Source: a virus | Lineage: Duplodnaviria > Heunggongvirae > Uroviricota > Caudoviricetes | Length of the DNA stretch: 39,706 nt | IMG/VR virus record: IMGVR_UViG_3300033146_002139 | Location: 1-39,706 of that record | Reading direction: 5' to 3' (one strand) | Shown: positions 9,781 through 19,138 of the stretch, piece by piece | How positions within the stretch are numbered: position 1 is the first letter of the stretch | How the letters are laid out: each line of letters begins with the position of its first letter | The notes under the pieces: model-generated | Database searches by the model: none | Seen by the model: only the letters and a program-made list of their open reading frames with translations | What the model was told of the DNA's origin: nothing | Translations under genes and position numbers: made by a program

Positions 9781-10246
9781 TTTCTTTTTTCCAAGAGGAG
9801 AACTCTTTATCAAAATCTCTCCCATCTTCTTTAAATATTTTTTTTGTTTGTTCTATTATGTTTTGTTCTTGTTTTTGTTTTGCTATTCTTCGTGTCATTA
9901 GTTCAGGATTTGAAATTTCAGCTCTCATTTGTTCCTCTGAGATTCCTGTCATTTCAAATAATGTTTTCTCTATTGTATTAAGAGTTTTTTGTTTTTTCTC
10001 ACTTTCTAACCTATTAAGCAGTCTTTTAAGTCTCCATACTTCACAAGCTGATACAAGGATTGACCCTTTGCTGTCATTTGCCTTATCATATTCCCCATCA
10101 ATGTAATATGTGTTATTTGCAGTTATTGATGTAAGCATACAATACTTATCTGCTGAAGTCCAATTTAAAGGAGTTTCTAAAAAATAAGTAACATCCTCTT
10201 CTAGGAAGGGTAATATTTTAGCAACTAATTCTTGTTTTTCATTCAT
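9755..10246 (-). CDS. Hypothetical protein
   Basis: 163-aa ORF with GGAG RBS. Confidence 0.75.
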   Translation of the reverse strand: MNEKQELVAKILPFLEEDVTYFLETPLNWTSADKYCMLTSITANNTYYIDGEYDKANDSKGSILVSACEVWRLKRLLNRLESEKKQKTLNTIEKTLFEMTGISEEQMRAEISNPELMTRRIAKQKQEQNIIEQTKKIFKEDGRDFDKEFSSWKKENGGNLEIH

Positions 10247-10655
10247 CTTTATCTCCGATAAGGTCTAATTCAAATTTATTAACATTGTCGTATAAAGAGT
10301 TTCCTTCTTCATCCAACACTTCTATAGTGGGTTGGTTATGATTTTCTGAAGGACTTAATGTTTCTACTGTTTCAAATAGTATCTCAGAGCTGTTTACGGT
10401 TTCACAATCAACAGCAATTAACACTGCTTCTTCGTTTGAGTCGGCTGAAACCCTTACGGTATCTCTTTCCCATATTGTCACTTTTCTATCAACAAAGATG
10501 GTGTGTATTTTTTTCCAAACTGGTTGGAACAAGCTCGGACCGATAATACAAGGAAGCTCTTTGTTGTTTTTGTCGTTAGTAAGACAACCATCTTCAAGAC
10601 TTTTGTTTTTATAGCATTCGTTGCAGTGCCACTTATATCCACTTTGACAACCCAT
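10239..10655 (-). CDS. Hypothetical protein
   Basis: ORF with AGGAG RBS. Confidence 0.75.
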   Translation of the reverse strand: MGCQSGYKWHCNECYKNKSLEDGCLTNDKNNKELPCIIGPSLFQPVWKKIHTIFVDRKVTIWERDTVRVSADSNEEAVLIAVDCETVNSSEILFETVETLSPSENHNQPTIEVLDEEGNSLYDNVNKFELDLIGDKDE

Positions 10656-10665
10656 TTTCTCTCCT

Positions 10666-11193
10666 TTATTTAGGCTCTATGTCTGCTAAATACTCATCTG
10701 TTTCACATATAGGGCATCCATTTCCAAATCCATCTTTATCTTTAAATGGTACCAAATCTTCTTCTTCGCCTCGGAATTCGCAATTACAACATTTAACGGT
10801 GTAATTAACGGTACTACAGTATTCATCAAGATAAAAGTCTATAGTATCCCAGGTAATTCCGTATTCACTATCAGCTTTTCTAATCATCGTATGTAGTGCT
10901 TCTTCAAATTTTGACTCATCGTATACATCTTCCCATAATACTTTTGAACCTGATAACCTGTCTATGGCTCTACTTTTGAAGTCTTCAGTACTCCATCCTA
11001 AATCCATAATTCCATTTCTACGGTCGTCAATAAGTCTAACTTCTTCTTCAGTGAGCGTTAGTTTTGTCAATGCGTCGTACATTCCCCATCCTTGGGCTTG
11101 TTCCTTGCTATTACCACCTTTGATTAGTTCATCAGCACATTCTTTAACATATGCAATCTTTTCGGTTAAACTACTCATTTGCCACCTCGACAT
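10666..11193 (-). CDS. Hypothetical protein with C-terminal zinc ribbon
   Basis: CCNC...CPIC. Confidence 0.75.
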   Translation of the reverse strand: MSRWQMSSLTEKIAYVKECADELIKGGNSKEQAQGWGMYDALTKLTLTEEEVRLIDDRRNGIMDLGWSTEDFKSRAIDRLSGSKVLWEDVYDESKFEEALHTMIRKADSEYGITWDTIDFYLDEYCSTVNYTVKCCNCEFRGEEEDLVPFKDKDGFGNGCPICETDEYLADIEPK

Positions 11194-11204
11194 AATTTAA
11201 TGGT

Positions 11205-11411
11205 TTATTTAATTTCTATTGTATAGCTTGTTATTACGAAGTCTGCATCATCATCTTCGTTGCTATTTTTTAAATCTTCCTCACTTAGCCCATAAAAGAA
11301 AAAATCATCATCGTGATATCCTTCTGGAGTATGGTCATATTCAGCTATGAGCATATCATTAAACTCGAAGCCATCGTCTTTAAAATAACCGTCTACTTTA
11401 AATATTTTCAT
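11205..11411 (-). CDS. Small acidic hypothetical protein
   Basis: ORF with AGGAG RBS; D/E-rich. Confidence 0.75.
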   Translation of the reverse strand: MKIFKVDGYFKDDGFEFNDMLIAEYDHTPEGYHDDDFFFYGLSEEDLKNSNEDDDADFVITSYTIEIK

Positions 11412-11700
11412 TTTGTTCTCCTAAGGCTCTTTCTGCAAAACTCTCTACAATAGGATGTTCTCCATATGTTGACAACGAGTTCATTGCAGTATTAAGTGCT
11501 GCAGTTAATAACAATTCCTTTTTATTGGGATTGTATTCTTTATATTTCCTATGTGTTACTTTCCACATTGCAGGAGCAACATTGTATTGAAACAGCCCTA
11601 TAAGATGTTTTGTTTCTTCGGTGTCTAATAAAGCAAATAATCTTTTTCTTGCTTTTTCTAAAGCATCTATATCATCTTGACTAACAATAACTTCTTTCAT
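11398..11700 (-). CDS. Hypothetical protein
   Basis: ORF with GAGGTG RBS. Confidence 0.75.
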   Translation of the reverse strand: MKEVIVSQDDIDALEKARKRLFALLDTEETKHLIGLFQYNVAPAMWKVTHRKYKEYNPNKKELLLTAALNTAMNSLSTYGEHPIVESFAERALGEQNENI

Positions 11701-11710
11701 AATGCACCTC

Positions 11711-11959
11711 TTAATCTATTTCAATATATTTAGGTTTTTCTTTTCTCCAATTAAGTTTTGGCTCTAAGACTATAACATCTTCAATATTTACCTCAGAGAG
11801 CTTTCTTTCAGTGAATACATCGCTGTTATAGACATACCCATTGTCATCGTCTTCGTAAATACCATCTACAAAAGTATCCATATATGCAGTGTCATCAACA
11901 AGAACTTTATAATTATTGTCGTGATAATCCTCTAATTTTCTAGCTTCATCTTTTGTCAT
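11711..11959 (-). CDS. Hypothetical acidic protein
   Basis: ORF with GGGGG RBS. Confidence 0.75.
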   Translation of the reverse strand: MTKDEARKLEDYHDNNYKVLVDDTAYMDTFVDGIYEDDDNGYVYNSDVFTERKLSEVNIEDVIVLEPKLNWRKEKPKYIEID

Positions 11960-11996
11960 AATACCCCCGTTTAGTGTTGTTTAATATTATTCTAAA

Positions 11997-12069
11997 TCCA
12001 GCAGACAGAATCGAACTGTCGATTGTGTAAAAAATTTAACCTTACACTTCCCACCAGTGGAATACTGGA
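11997..12069 (-). ncRNA. tRNA-like element (non-canonical D and anticodon arms)
   Basis: Minus strand TCCAGTA-TTCCACTGGTGGGAA-GTGTAAGG TTAAATT TTTTACAC-AATC-GACAG TTCGATT CTGTC-TGCTGGA: 7-bp acceptor and perfect T arm. Confidence 0.7.
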
Positions 12070-12075
12070 ACATTA

Positions 12076-12690
12076 TTATTTTTTCATAAAATCTGTAATT
12101 AATTTCAACATTTTTTCTCTATGAAACTTAAACGCATAATACTCATTAATCTTTCCTAACAACTTTCCGAACATAAGTTTATTGTGATTTTCGCAATCAT
12201 TATCCGATTCATGAAGCATTAACACCTCTCTAATAATAACATCGTCTTTCGAATCATAGAGTATTCCTGTAGTAAGGTATCCATCAAACTTAATCCCAAT
12301 ATAAACATTCTTGTACTGCTCAATAGGATAGTCTTGATTAAGCAGTACTTTTACTAGTTCAGTATCCCTTTTATCAATTCTGAGTAATTCTTTAGAATCC
12401 TCTATTGTAGAGGCATTCAGTTTTTTGATATAATCTTTATTCGCCTTTATCTTACTCATCAGCTCTGCACTATTCATATTTCCCTTTGTAAAAGTGATTA
12501 GTGCAGTTTCAGTACTAATCCTTTTAAGGTTAGCCATAGTCTTCTCGAATATTTTAGCCTTAGTTAGTTTTAGTGTTTCTGCCTTTATTGACTTTTCCAA
12601 GGCAATCTTTTTGTTGTTATTTACCACAAACTTTTTCAAAGAGTAAAAGTCTTTTCCAAAGTTTTCTTTCATTTTGTCTTTTAATGACAT
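12076..12690 (-). CDS. Hypothetical protein
   Basis: 204-aa ORF with AGGAG RBS. Confidence 0.8.
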   Translation of the reverse strand: MSLKDKMKENFGKDFYSLKKFVVNNNKKIALEKSIKAETLKLTKAKIFEKTMANLKRISTETALITFTKGNMNSAELMSKIKANKDYIKKLNASTIEDSKELLRIDKRDTELVKVLLNQDYPIEQYKNVYIGIKFDGYLTTGILYDSKDDVIIREVLMLHESDNDCENHNKLMFGKLLGKINEYYAFKFHREKMLKLITDFMKK

Positions 12691-12705
12691 TTGAAGCTCC
12701 TTTTT

Positions 12706-12909
12706 TTAAATTGCAATAAAATGTTTTATATTAGGTTTATCTAGGCTATTCCTTTCCTCTTCAGTAACCTTGCCTATTAACAACCCGCCTACAAATACGA
12801 GAATATCATTTCCCTCGATTTTAGTTTGGTTGTTTTTTTTTGCGAATATAAAATCTCTATACTCACTGCTGTTTACTTCTTTCAATTCTAAAACACTGTT
12901 CGTATTCAT
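12706..12909 (-). CDS. Hypothetical protein
   Basis: ORF with GGGAG RBS. Confidence 0.7.
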   Translation of the reverse strand: MNTNSVLELKEVNSSEYRDFIFAKKNNQTKIEGNDILVFVGGLLIGKVTEEERNSLDKPNIKHFIAI

Positions 12910-12918
12910 AATACTCCC

Positions 12919-13068
12919 TTATTTTAGTTGGTCGGCATAATTTAACAGAGTTATCTGTTCTAATTTTGATGATAATATCCCTCTTATAGAAGCTTTCTCT
13001 ATCCATACATCTTTATGAGGAAGTTTACTATATTCGTAGTATTCGTTTTTCAAATCTTCAATAGACAT
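12919..13068 (-). CDS. Small hypothetical protein
   Basis: Probable start MSIEDLK directly after the upstream stop. Confidence 0.55.
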   Translation of the reverse strand: MSIEDLKNEYYEYSKLPHKDVWIEKASIRGILSSKLEQITLLNYADQLK

Positions 13069-13069
13069 T

Positions 13070-13312
13070 TTAAGCCATTTCGCTATTGGGGCTGGTGCTT
13101 TCATCTGCAACCCCCCTACTGCATATCGCATCAAGAAAACCATGGATTTCTTCGGCAACACTACTGTAAGGTATCCACTTCATAATACTTTCAGGTAAGA
13201 CCTCGACCTTGACGGCTAGCTTCCTACTAAAATCTATTTCCTGTATTTGCAAAACATCTCTACCGTCTCTGATAGAGAAATACTTTATCTCTTTGCTGAT
13301 GTCAACTTCCAT
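13070..13312 (-). CDS. Hypothetical protein
   Basis: Start MEVDISK after GAGGAGAAAGG. Confidence 0.65.
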   Translation of the reverse strand: MEVDISKEIKYFSIRDGRDVLQIQEIDFSRKLAVKVEVLPESIMKWIPYSSVAEEIHGFLDAICSRGVADESTSPNSEMA

Positions 13313-13470
13313 TATCCTTTCTCCTCTAGTTTTACAGGTACTACTGAATACCAAATTATTTCTCCAGGATTTAATTCATCTGCAACACTGAATGTTAATG
13401 TTGTGTCTGCAAACTTAATCTCTAATACTTCGTATCCGAACAATTCTTCTATCATCTTAAAATAAGTCAT
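13312..13470 (-). CDS. Small hypothetical protein (52 aa)
   Basis: Manual translation MTYFKMIEELFGYEVLEIKF...; GGAGG RBS; TAATG coupling to the next gene. Confidence 0.65.
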   Translation of the reverse strand: MTYFKMIEELFGYEVLEIKFADTTLTFSVADELNPGEIIWYSVVPVKLEEKG

Positions 13471-13781
13471 TTAATTCCTCCGGTAAGTTAATCCTATAAC
13501 GGATACCTTTCACTAAAAGATACCCGGTATAACATTCTCTTATATTTTATCTTCTTTATTATATAATTAATTATAGTGGTGTTTCACTTATCTACCAGCT
13601 TAGTGTTACCCACGCATAAGCACCTCAATTTATAACGAACATATTGCTGTTCAATCGGAACATAGTAATTTCTCCTACTACCGCTTAGGAGCGTACTACT
13701 TGCCACGTTCGTTGTTAGTTATTAGTTTGTGTTCTGTTACTGATTTTTTAATATTTCTATCGTTATCATACAGTCCTCTCT

Positions 13782-13919
13782 TTACCAAAATTCAACATTG
13801 TTAGGTAGTCTTTCAACTCCTAACCATTTTCTGACAAAAGCTTTTGCATCTTTCTTGTTCATTTTAACTGGAAGTGACATTGCATATACATCACCTGGAA
13901 GCATAAAGTAACCTATCAT
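13782..13919 (-). CDS. Small hypothetical protein (45 aa)
   Basis: MIGYFMLPGDVYAM...WLGVERLPNNVEFW; GGAGG RBS. Confidence 0.6.
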   Translation of the reverse strand: MIGYFMLPGDVYAMSLPVKMNKKDAKAFVRKWLGVERLPNNVEFW

Positions 13920-14377
13920 TCTAACCTCCTTTTGTCTTCGTAAGAGTAAAAGTCAATCAATTCTTTTGTAAATATTATATGGTCAAGTATTGTGATATTT
14001 AACAGATTCCCTGCTTTGACAAGTATAGAGGTTATATTGTCATCATTAGGAGATGGTGTTGTTTCTCCTCCGGGATGATTGTGGCATATAATTATCCCGG
14101 CTGCTGAATGTATGAAAGCAGGTTTGAATACTTCTCTTGTATGTACTAATGATGCTGTTAAATGACCAATGCTAATTACTTCTGAATGTATTATTTTATT
14201 TTTACTGTTCAGATATAAGCCTATAAAATGTTCTTTGTTATCATCTGTAATTAGATTGTTTGCAGTCTTTACAAATTCTATAACATCCTTTGGTTCTCGA
14301 ATGCTACTTGATTGATTAGCTTCTAATTTATCAATATATTTTAGCAATTCTTTTTTTGTCCAATTTTTCATGACCAC
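13916..14377 (-). CDS. radC: RadC-like JAB-domain protein
   Basis: KEHF...LNSKN...ISIGHL.ASLVHTREVFK.A....AAGIIICHNHPGG...PSPND..IT..L..AG.LL.I.ILDHII. Confidence 0.92.
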   Translation of the reverse strand: MVMKNWTKKELLKYIDKLEANQSSSIREPKDVIEFVKTANNLITDDNKEHFIGLYLNSKNKIIHSEVISIGHLTASLVHTREVFKPAFIHSAAGIIICHNHPGGETTPSPNDDNITSILVKAGNLLNITILDHIIFTKELIDFYSYEDKRRLE

Positions 14378-14437
14378 TCCTATAATTTGATAGAACTTTT
14401 CTCCATCACTTTAGTATTTCTTTGCCCATCCGGGATA

Positions 14438-15352
14438 CTAAGCTCTATCTATTTCAACTAACTCTCCATCTATAATAGAGAAGTTTTCACATAAATCTAA
14501 GAAACTTTCCACAACATCATCGCATAGCTTATCGAAAGATTGCACTAACTCAACTCTTTCTTGTAATTCGTACAATTCCCAACCATCAAAGTAATCTTCA
14601 TCATTATCATCTATAGAAGTCATAGATGTAAAAACTTCTTTAAGTGTGCAGTTTATTCTCTCAGGCTCTCCACAAGCACCACATATATTTCCTGTATCTT
14701 CTACGGTAGTGTAGTTTTTTTGAGAACATTCGGTGCAGTGAGACTTATATTGACTGTTTCTTGAGCCTCCAGAATAAAGAACCATATATCCACCACTTCT
14801 TCCGTTAAACCCTACTTGATAAGTAAAGTCCTGTTCTTCTTCCCACTCTCTAATAATATCTCGAATGTAGTCTCCAGTTAAGTCTTCATATATTAACATA
14901 TATGCCGCATCTGGAACATTTGGTATGTTATGCAACTTCACATTATGAGCATAAGATGTCATTCCGTTCCAACTACTCATAGTATCGTATCTAAAATGAT
15001 TAGCAAGAAACTCTATCATCTTTACCCTACTTCTTTTATCCACTTTCAGATAAAATGGATTGCGAACAACAGTCGGCTTTGGTGGGTCGGCATAAATTAT
15101 TGTATTATCCGGGACTTCTATAACTTTATAATTACTATCAAAGTTATATGGAAGACAATTACTAGTAAAACTTCCACCTGCTAATTTAATTCCTAAAGAG
15201 TTAGCTATAGTTATCGCTTTTCTTTGCGAAGTATCAAAGTCATTTATGTTTTTTATTTTAAACACTGTAAAATATTCCTCATTTAAACCAGACTTCTTGT
15301 TCTTTTTTAATTCTTTGTTATCTGCATATAAATAATCATAATGTATGTTCAT
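14438..15352 (-). CDS. Hypothetical phage protein with Zn-finger insert
   Basis: Start MNIHY after GGAG; HFRYDTMSSWNGMTSYAHNVK, GFNGRSGGY, CTEC..CGAC. Confidence 0.8.
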   Translation of the reverse strand: MNIHYDYLYADNKELKKNKKSGLNEEYFTVFKIKNINDFDTSQRKAITIANSLGIKLAGGSFTSNCLPYNFDSNYKVIEVPDNTIIYADPPKPTVVRNPFYLKVDKRSRVKMIEFLANHFRYDTMSSWNGMTSYAHNVKLHNIPNVPDAAYMLIYEDLTGDYIRDIIREWEEEQDFTYQVGFNGRSGGYMVLYSGGSRNSQYKSHCTECSQKNYTTVEDTGNICGACGEPERINCTLKEVFTSMTSIDDNDEDYFDGWELYELQERVELVQSFDKLCDDVVESFLDLCENFSIIDGELVEIDRA

Positions 15353-15356
15353 ATTC

Positions 15357-15575
15357 TTATACTCCACAACATTTTTTGTATTTCTTGCCACTACTACAAG
15401 GACAAGGTTCATTCCTGCCGATTGCTTTTTCAACAGCTCTAGGAGAAACTTTGCTTCTTATTGGATAGTTATTAGATTTGTACTTCTCAGTATTGTATTC
15501 CCTCACAATATCTTTTAGTAAAATATTTAAAGGAACACTCTCACCAATAACGGCAACTTCTTTAGGTCTTTCCAT
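15357..15575 (-). CDS. SEC-C motif protein
   Basis: C-terminal [20 protein letters not shown]. Confidence 0.9.
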   Translation of the reverse strand: MERPKEVAVIGESVPLNILLKDIVREYNTEKYKSNNYPIRSKVSPRAVEKAIGRNEPCPCSSGKKYKKCCGV

Positions 15576-15578
15576 TTA

Positions 15579-16001
15579 CTACCTCATTTTTACACAATCT
15601 TTTAAAAAGACTCTCAATTCTCCATACTTGAAATATCTACCAAAGTTATCTGCTGATAGATAAATATCAAGCCAATCGGAAAGAGTATGACCGTCTTTTA
15701 CTTTTATTTGAGTTCCAAGACTATTCATCTGAATGTCTAATTGATTGACAGAGTTTATCGCGTAATAACCTTGGCGTTCAAAACCTTCAAAAGCAACATA
15801 TTCAGAAATACTATCAGCCCAATCAGTAAACTCTTGACCTAATTCGTCAAAAGATTTATTTACTGAAGGAGGGTATTTGCTTTCCAATACTTTGCTTAAT
15901 CCATTTGCGTTATTCCATATGGAAGATATTTTCTCTATTGCAATTTCAATATCTTCTATATGTGCTACGACTTTCATTAGAATCTGTTGTTTATCGTTCA
16001 T
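15579..16001 (-). CDS. Hypothetical protein
   Basis: Start MNDKQ after AAAGGAG. Confidence 0.75.
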   Translation of the reverse strand: MNDKQQILMKVVAHIEDIEIAIEKISSIWNNANGLSKVLESKYPPSVNKSFDELGQEFTDWADSISEYVAFEGFERQGYYAINSVNQLDIQMNSLGTQIKVKDGHTLSDWLDIYLSADNFGRYFKYGELRVFLKDCVKMR

Positions 16002-16003
16002 AA

Positions 16004-16252
16004 TCACAACTCCTTTCTATCATACTTACTAATCCAAAGCTCTGAAGCTGATACTAAATCCTCATCATTCCAGATGCTTTCAAAATGTTTTGTAAGCTCC
16101 GAAAATGTTTCATCCATTGGCTTCTCTACAATATCCATTATCTTTGAAACAACAGGCATAATGAATGCCCATCCTGATTTATTCCTGTCAAAGCCGTAAA
16201 AATCTTCCTCATCTTCTTTTATGACCATAAAATTTTCTATTAAAGCAGACAT
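16004..16252 (-). CDS. Hypothetical protein
   Basis: ORF with AAGGA RBS. Confidence 0.7.
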   Translation of the reverse strand: MSALIENFMVIKEDEEDFYGFDRNKSGWAFIMPVVSKIMDIVEKPMDETFSELTKHFESIWNDEDLVSASELWISKYDRKEL

Positions 16253-16263
16253 AATCAATTCCT

Positions 16264-16641
16264 TTATTTATCAAAGAAACTATTTCTCCAAACTTTTTCT
16301 CCAAGTCTTTTGAAATTTTCTTTATTCAACATTATAAACTCATAAGCCTTCTTTAATGAGTTATATGAATTTTCATTACAATTAAACCCAACGGTATTCA
16401 TTTCTCCATACCATACATCAATAATATTTTCTCTATCAGCACCAAATTCTAATAGTTGCTCCTCAGAAAGTTGAATATCAATATATACGGAATTATGAGG
16501 TTTTTTCATAAAACTATAAGGAACAACCTCAGTTAGATACACAGGTATTCCCTCTATAAAGTAAATTTCTCTATTAGAATTTCTGTTAATAAAGAGATTT
16601 TCTATTGTCTGGGACTCGTGCCATTCTTCAAACTTTAACAT
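16264..16641 (-). CDS. Hypothetical protein
   Basis: ORF with AGGAG RBS. Confidence 0.75.
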   Translation of the reverse strand: MLKFEEWHESQTIENLFINRNSNREIYFIEGIPVYLTEVVPYSFMKKPHNSVYIDIQLSEEQLLEFGADRENIIDVWYGEMNTVGFNCNENSYNSLKKAYEFIMLNKENFKRLGEKVWRNSFFDK

Positions 16642-16643
16642 AG

Positions 16644-16961
16644 CTAACTCCTTATAATTTCTAGGTTTTCAAGTTTCCCTGCTATTGACTTTCTTAGTAA
16701 AGTCTTGTTTGGAGCATACATTTCTTCCCAATGTCCATATAGCCTTCTTACTCTATATAGTTTTAAGAATGGCTTGTAGTTATATTCAAACCCTGCTGCT
16801 TTATACACACCTTGTCTTTTTAAATTCTCTAATCCATACGAGAATTTACTACTGTACTTATCTTTTAAAAAGGCTACAGCTTCTTCCTTAGTCTCGGAAG
16901 TTATTCCTGCATCACCTAAGACATTTTCGTTTATTTTTTTTCTTTCTATTTTAAATTTCAT
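16644..16961 (-). CDS. Hypothetical protein (tandem paralog B)
   Basis: GFEYNYKPFLKLY...WEEMYAPNKTLLR, shared with 16951..17271. Confidence 0.8.
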   Translation of the reverse strand: MKFKIERKKINENVLGDAGITSETKEEAVAFLKDKYSSKFSYGLENLKRQGVYKAAGFEYNYKPFLKLYRVRRLYGHWEEMYAPNKTLLRKSIAGKLENLEIIRS

Positions 16962-17271
16962 AAACATTCTCCAATAGGACAATTCTGTCTATTTTTTCCG
17001 AGCAAGCTGTCCTTAATAATTTTCTACTCGGAGCATACATTTCAGTCCAAGTATCATACGTTTTAACAAGATATAGTTTTAGGAATGGCTTATATATATA
17101 TTCAAAGCCGCTAACACGATATGCACCAAATTGTTTCAAACGGTCTATTCCAAAATTAAAAGGGTCGGCATATTTCTCTGCTAAAAATATTGCTACTGTT
17201 CCAGGTGTATCATCAGTTTTTGAGAATACACTCCCATCAATATTGTTGTTGATTTTTATTCTATCTAGCAT
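16951..17271 (-). CDS. Hypothetical protein (tandem paralog A)
   Basis: GFEYIYKPFLKLY...WTEMYAPSRKLLR. Confidence 0.8.
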   Translation of the reverse strand: MLDRIKINNNIDGSVFSKTDDTPGTVAIFLAEKYADPFNFGIDRLKQFGAYRVSGFEYIYKPFLKLYLVKTYDTWTEMYAPSRKLLRTACSEKIDRIVLLENVYEI

Positions 17272-17282
17272 AACAATTTCTC

Positions 17283-17981
17283 CTATTTAAAATCTTTGCC
17301 CATTGTCTTTCTTGTAGTTTTCATACTTTCTTCTTCGTGTACACTAAATGTATACTCATTCAAAAAAACATATCTTATAGGATGTGCTACAATACTCAAG
17401 AAGTATACCTCTCCACTTATTAGGTCGTTGATAGCTACACTATTCACAGTGTTGGCTTGTGGATTATGTGCATTTCCATACACATAGTTAATTAGTTTTC
17501 TGTTAACAAACTTTTTAGCTTCACTATATGTACTAAAAACTTTTGGGGTGAATTCCAATTCTGTCAATTTCGCTGAAGATAAACTCCAAAGAGTTTCTGA
17601 AGCCCAATTTAAGGCTTGACAATTATCTTCTTTATCAAATCTTTGTATGTAAAAATCATTTGACACAGAAACCGTATATCGGTTTTCTTTCCTGATGTCA
17701 ACCAATTTATTCTCTATAATATATTCATCCTCAAGTCTAGAAAACTCTCCCGTCAACTCTTCGTATCTTGAGTAAGTAACAGCGAAGTCTGTTTTGCCAT
17801 CTTCATTCTCAACAACCAAATCAAAAGCATCATTGAGAAGTTTCCTTACTTGACTTTTTGCTAAACATCCTGAAGCAACTACCATGTTTCCATCCATGGC
17901 AATTACTCCCATTTCATTACTAGCTAATTCATTAAATGCTAAGCTGTAATGATTTCCTGGAGCAAACTTTTTCTTATACAT
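17283..17981 (-). CDS. Hypothetical protein
   Basis: 232-aa ORF overlapping the upstream stop. Confidence 0.8.
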   Translation of the reverse strand: MYKKKFAPGNHYSLAFNELASNEMGVIAMDGNMVVASGCLAKSQVRKLLNDAFDLVVENEDGKTDFAVTYSRYEELTGEFSRLEDEYIIENKLVDIRKENRYTVSVSNDFYIQRFDKEDNCQALNWASETLWSLSSAKLTELEFTPKVFSTYSEAKKFVNRKLINYVYGNAHNPQANTVNSVAINDLISGEVYFLSIVAHPIRYVFLNEYTFSVHEEESMKTTRKTMGKDFK

Positions 17982-18867
17982 TTCCCAATTCCCCTATAAT
18001 TTTATCAGCCTTATCTACAGCAGATATTAAAGTTTCCATTCTCATCCCAAGAGCCTTTCCTCTTGACCAAGATTTAACATATAGCTCAGCATTCGTATCT
18101 AAGCCAATACTTTTCATCATTACAAAAGCAAATGAGTGAGCTTCAGTTTCCTTTAGCTCTGAAGTTAAGTCTTGCCTGTCTTTACCAAAGTGCATAAGGT
18201 AATGACCTAATTCGTGCAATAAGACAGGAATCTTACTCTCTACATTAGCATTCGAGTTAACTACTAACTTTTCTCCATCTGTCCAACCACCTCTTGCTAG
18301 TACATCAGGTTTTTCTTCGACCGTAATGTTTTTAGCTTTTAGAGAAGCTCTTAACTTGGCATAGAGGTCGGCATAATTTATCGTATCTTTACCGAATACC
18401 CTCAGCGTGCCATTTGCAGGTAATTCATCGCCTTCTGTGTTCTGTATATCATACACAGTTACAGCCTTAAAGATAGAATATGTATACTCTTTTTTAAGAG
18501 CATCTAATTCTTCTTTACTCATTGATAAAGTTGTTGCTTTTTTTAGCCCATCCCAATTGATTTTCGTCATTGGAGACAATATCTTCAACCCAACACCTTT
18601 CCCACTAACAAATCTACCAAGTGCTTTCCACTTACTAAATGGTGCGAGTTGCGAAATCTCAACCTTACCCATATTCTGGGTCATAGCTAATAATATATTA
18701 TATAGGGAATAAGAGTGAAAACCTTTCACAATCCCTTTCTTTATCCACATCGCATTTGCAATAGTTTCTGGAGTTACCTTAGCAACTCTTTCTTTTAGTT
18801 CTGCAATTGCTTTTTTCGTTTCTTCGGCATATTGCTTTTTATTAAAATTTTTCTTCTTCCAACCCAT
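17974..18867 (-). CDS. ardC: ArdC-like ssDNA-binding/zincin metallopeptidase anti-restriction protein
   Basis: FHSYSLYNILLA..Q....APFSKWKALGRFV.GKG...I..P; FKAVTVYDIQNTEG; LLHELGH...ETEAHS...YVKSW. Confidence 0.85.
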   Translation of the reverse strand: MGWKKKNFNKKQYAEETKKAIAELKERVAKVTPETIANAMWIKKGIVKGFHSYSLYNILLAMTQNMGKVEISQLAPFSKWKALGRFVSGKGVGLKILSPMTKINWDGLKKATTLSMSKEELDALKKEYTYSIFKAVTVYDIQNTEGDELPANGTLRVFGKDTINYADLYAKLRASLKAKNITVEEKPDVLARGGWTDGEKLVVNSNANVESKIPVLLHELGHYLMHFGKDRQDLTSELKETEAHSFAFVMMKSIGLDTNAELYVKSWSRGKALGMRMETLISAVDKADKIIGELGNV

Positions 18868-18886
18868 TTTTAACCCCCGTTAAAAT

Positions 18887-19123
18887 TTATAATTCGTTTA
18901 AAAAACCAACCTCAATAGCGAACATTGTATCATTTTTCGTCATAGCTTCATTTATTTGTCCATCTGTTTCAATCATACTTTCTGAGCCATCTTCGTGCAA
19001 CTCAAAAAGCTCGAAAAGTTCTTCATCAAAAATAATTTGAGCTTCTCTAGCGGGCACTACTTTCCATATAAATTTATCCGTAATAATAGGTCTTGCTCTT
19101 TCCGTAATAATACCTGAAGACAT
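18887..19123 (-). CDS. Hypothetical acidic protein
   Basis: ORF with GGGAG RBS. Confidence 0.75.
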   Translation of the reverse strand: MSSGIITERARPIITDKFIWKVVPAREAQIIFDEELFELFELHEDGSESMIETDGQINEAMTKNDTMFAIEVGFLNEL

Positions 19124-19138
19124 ATAAATCTCCCTTCT

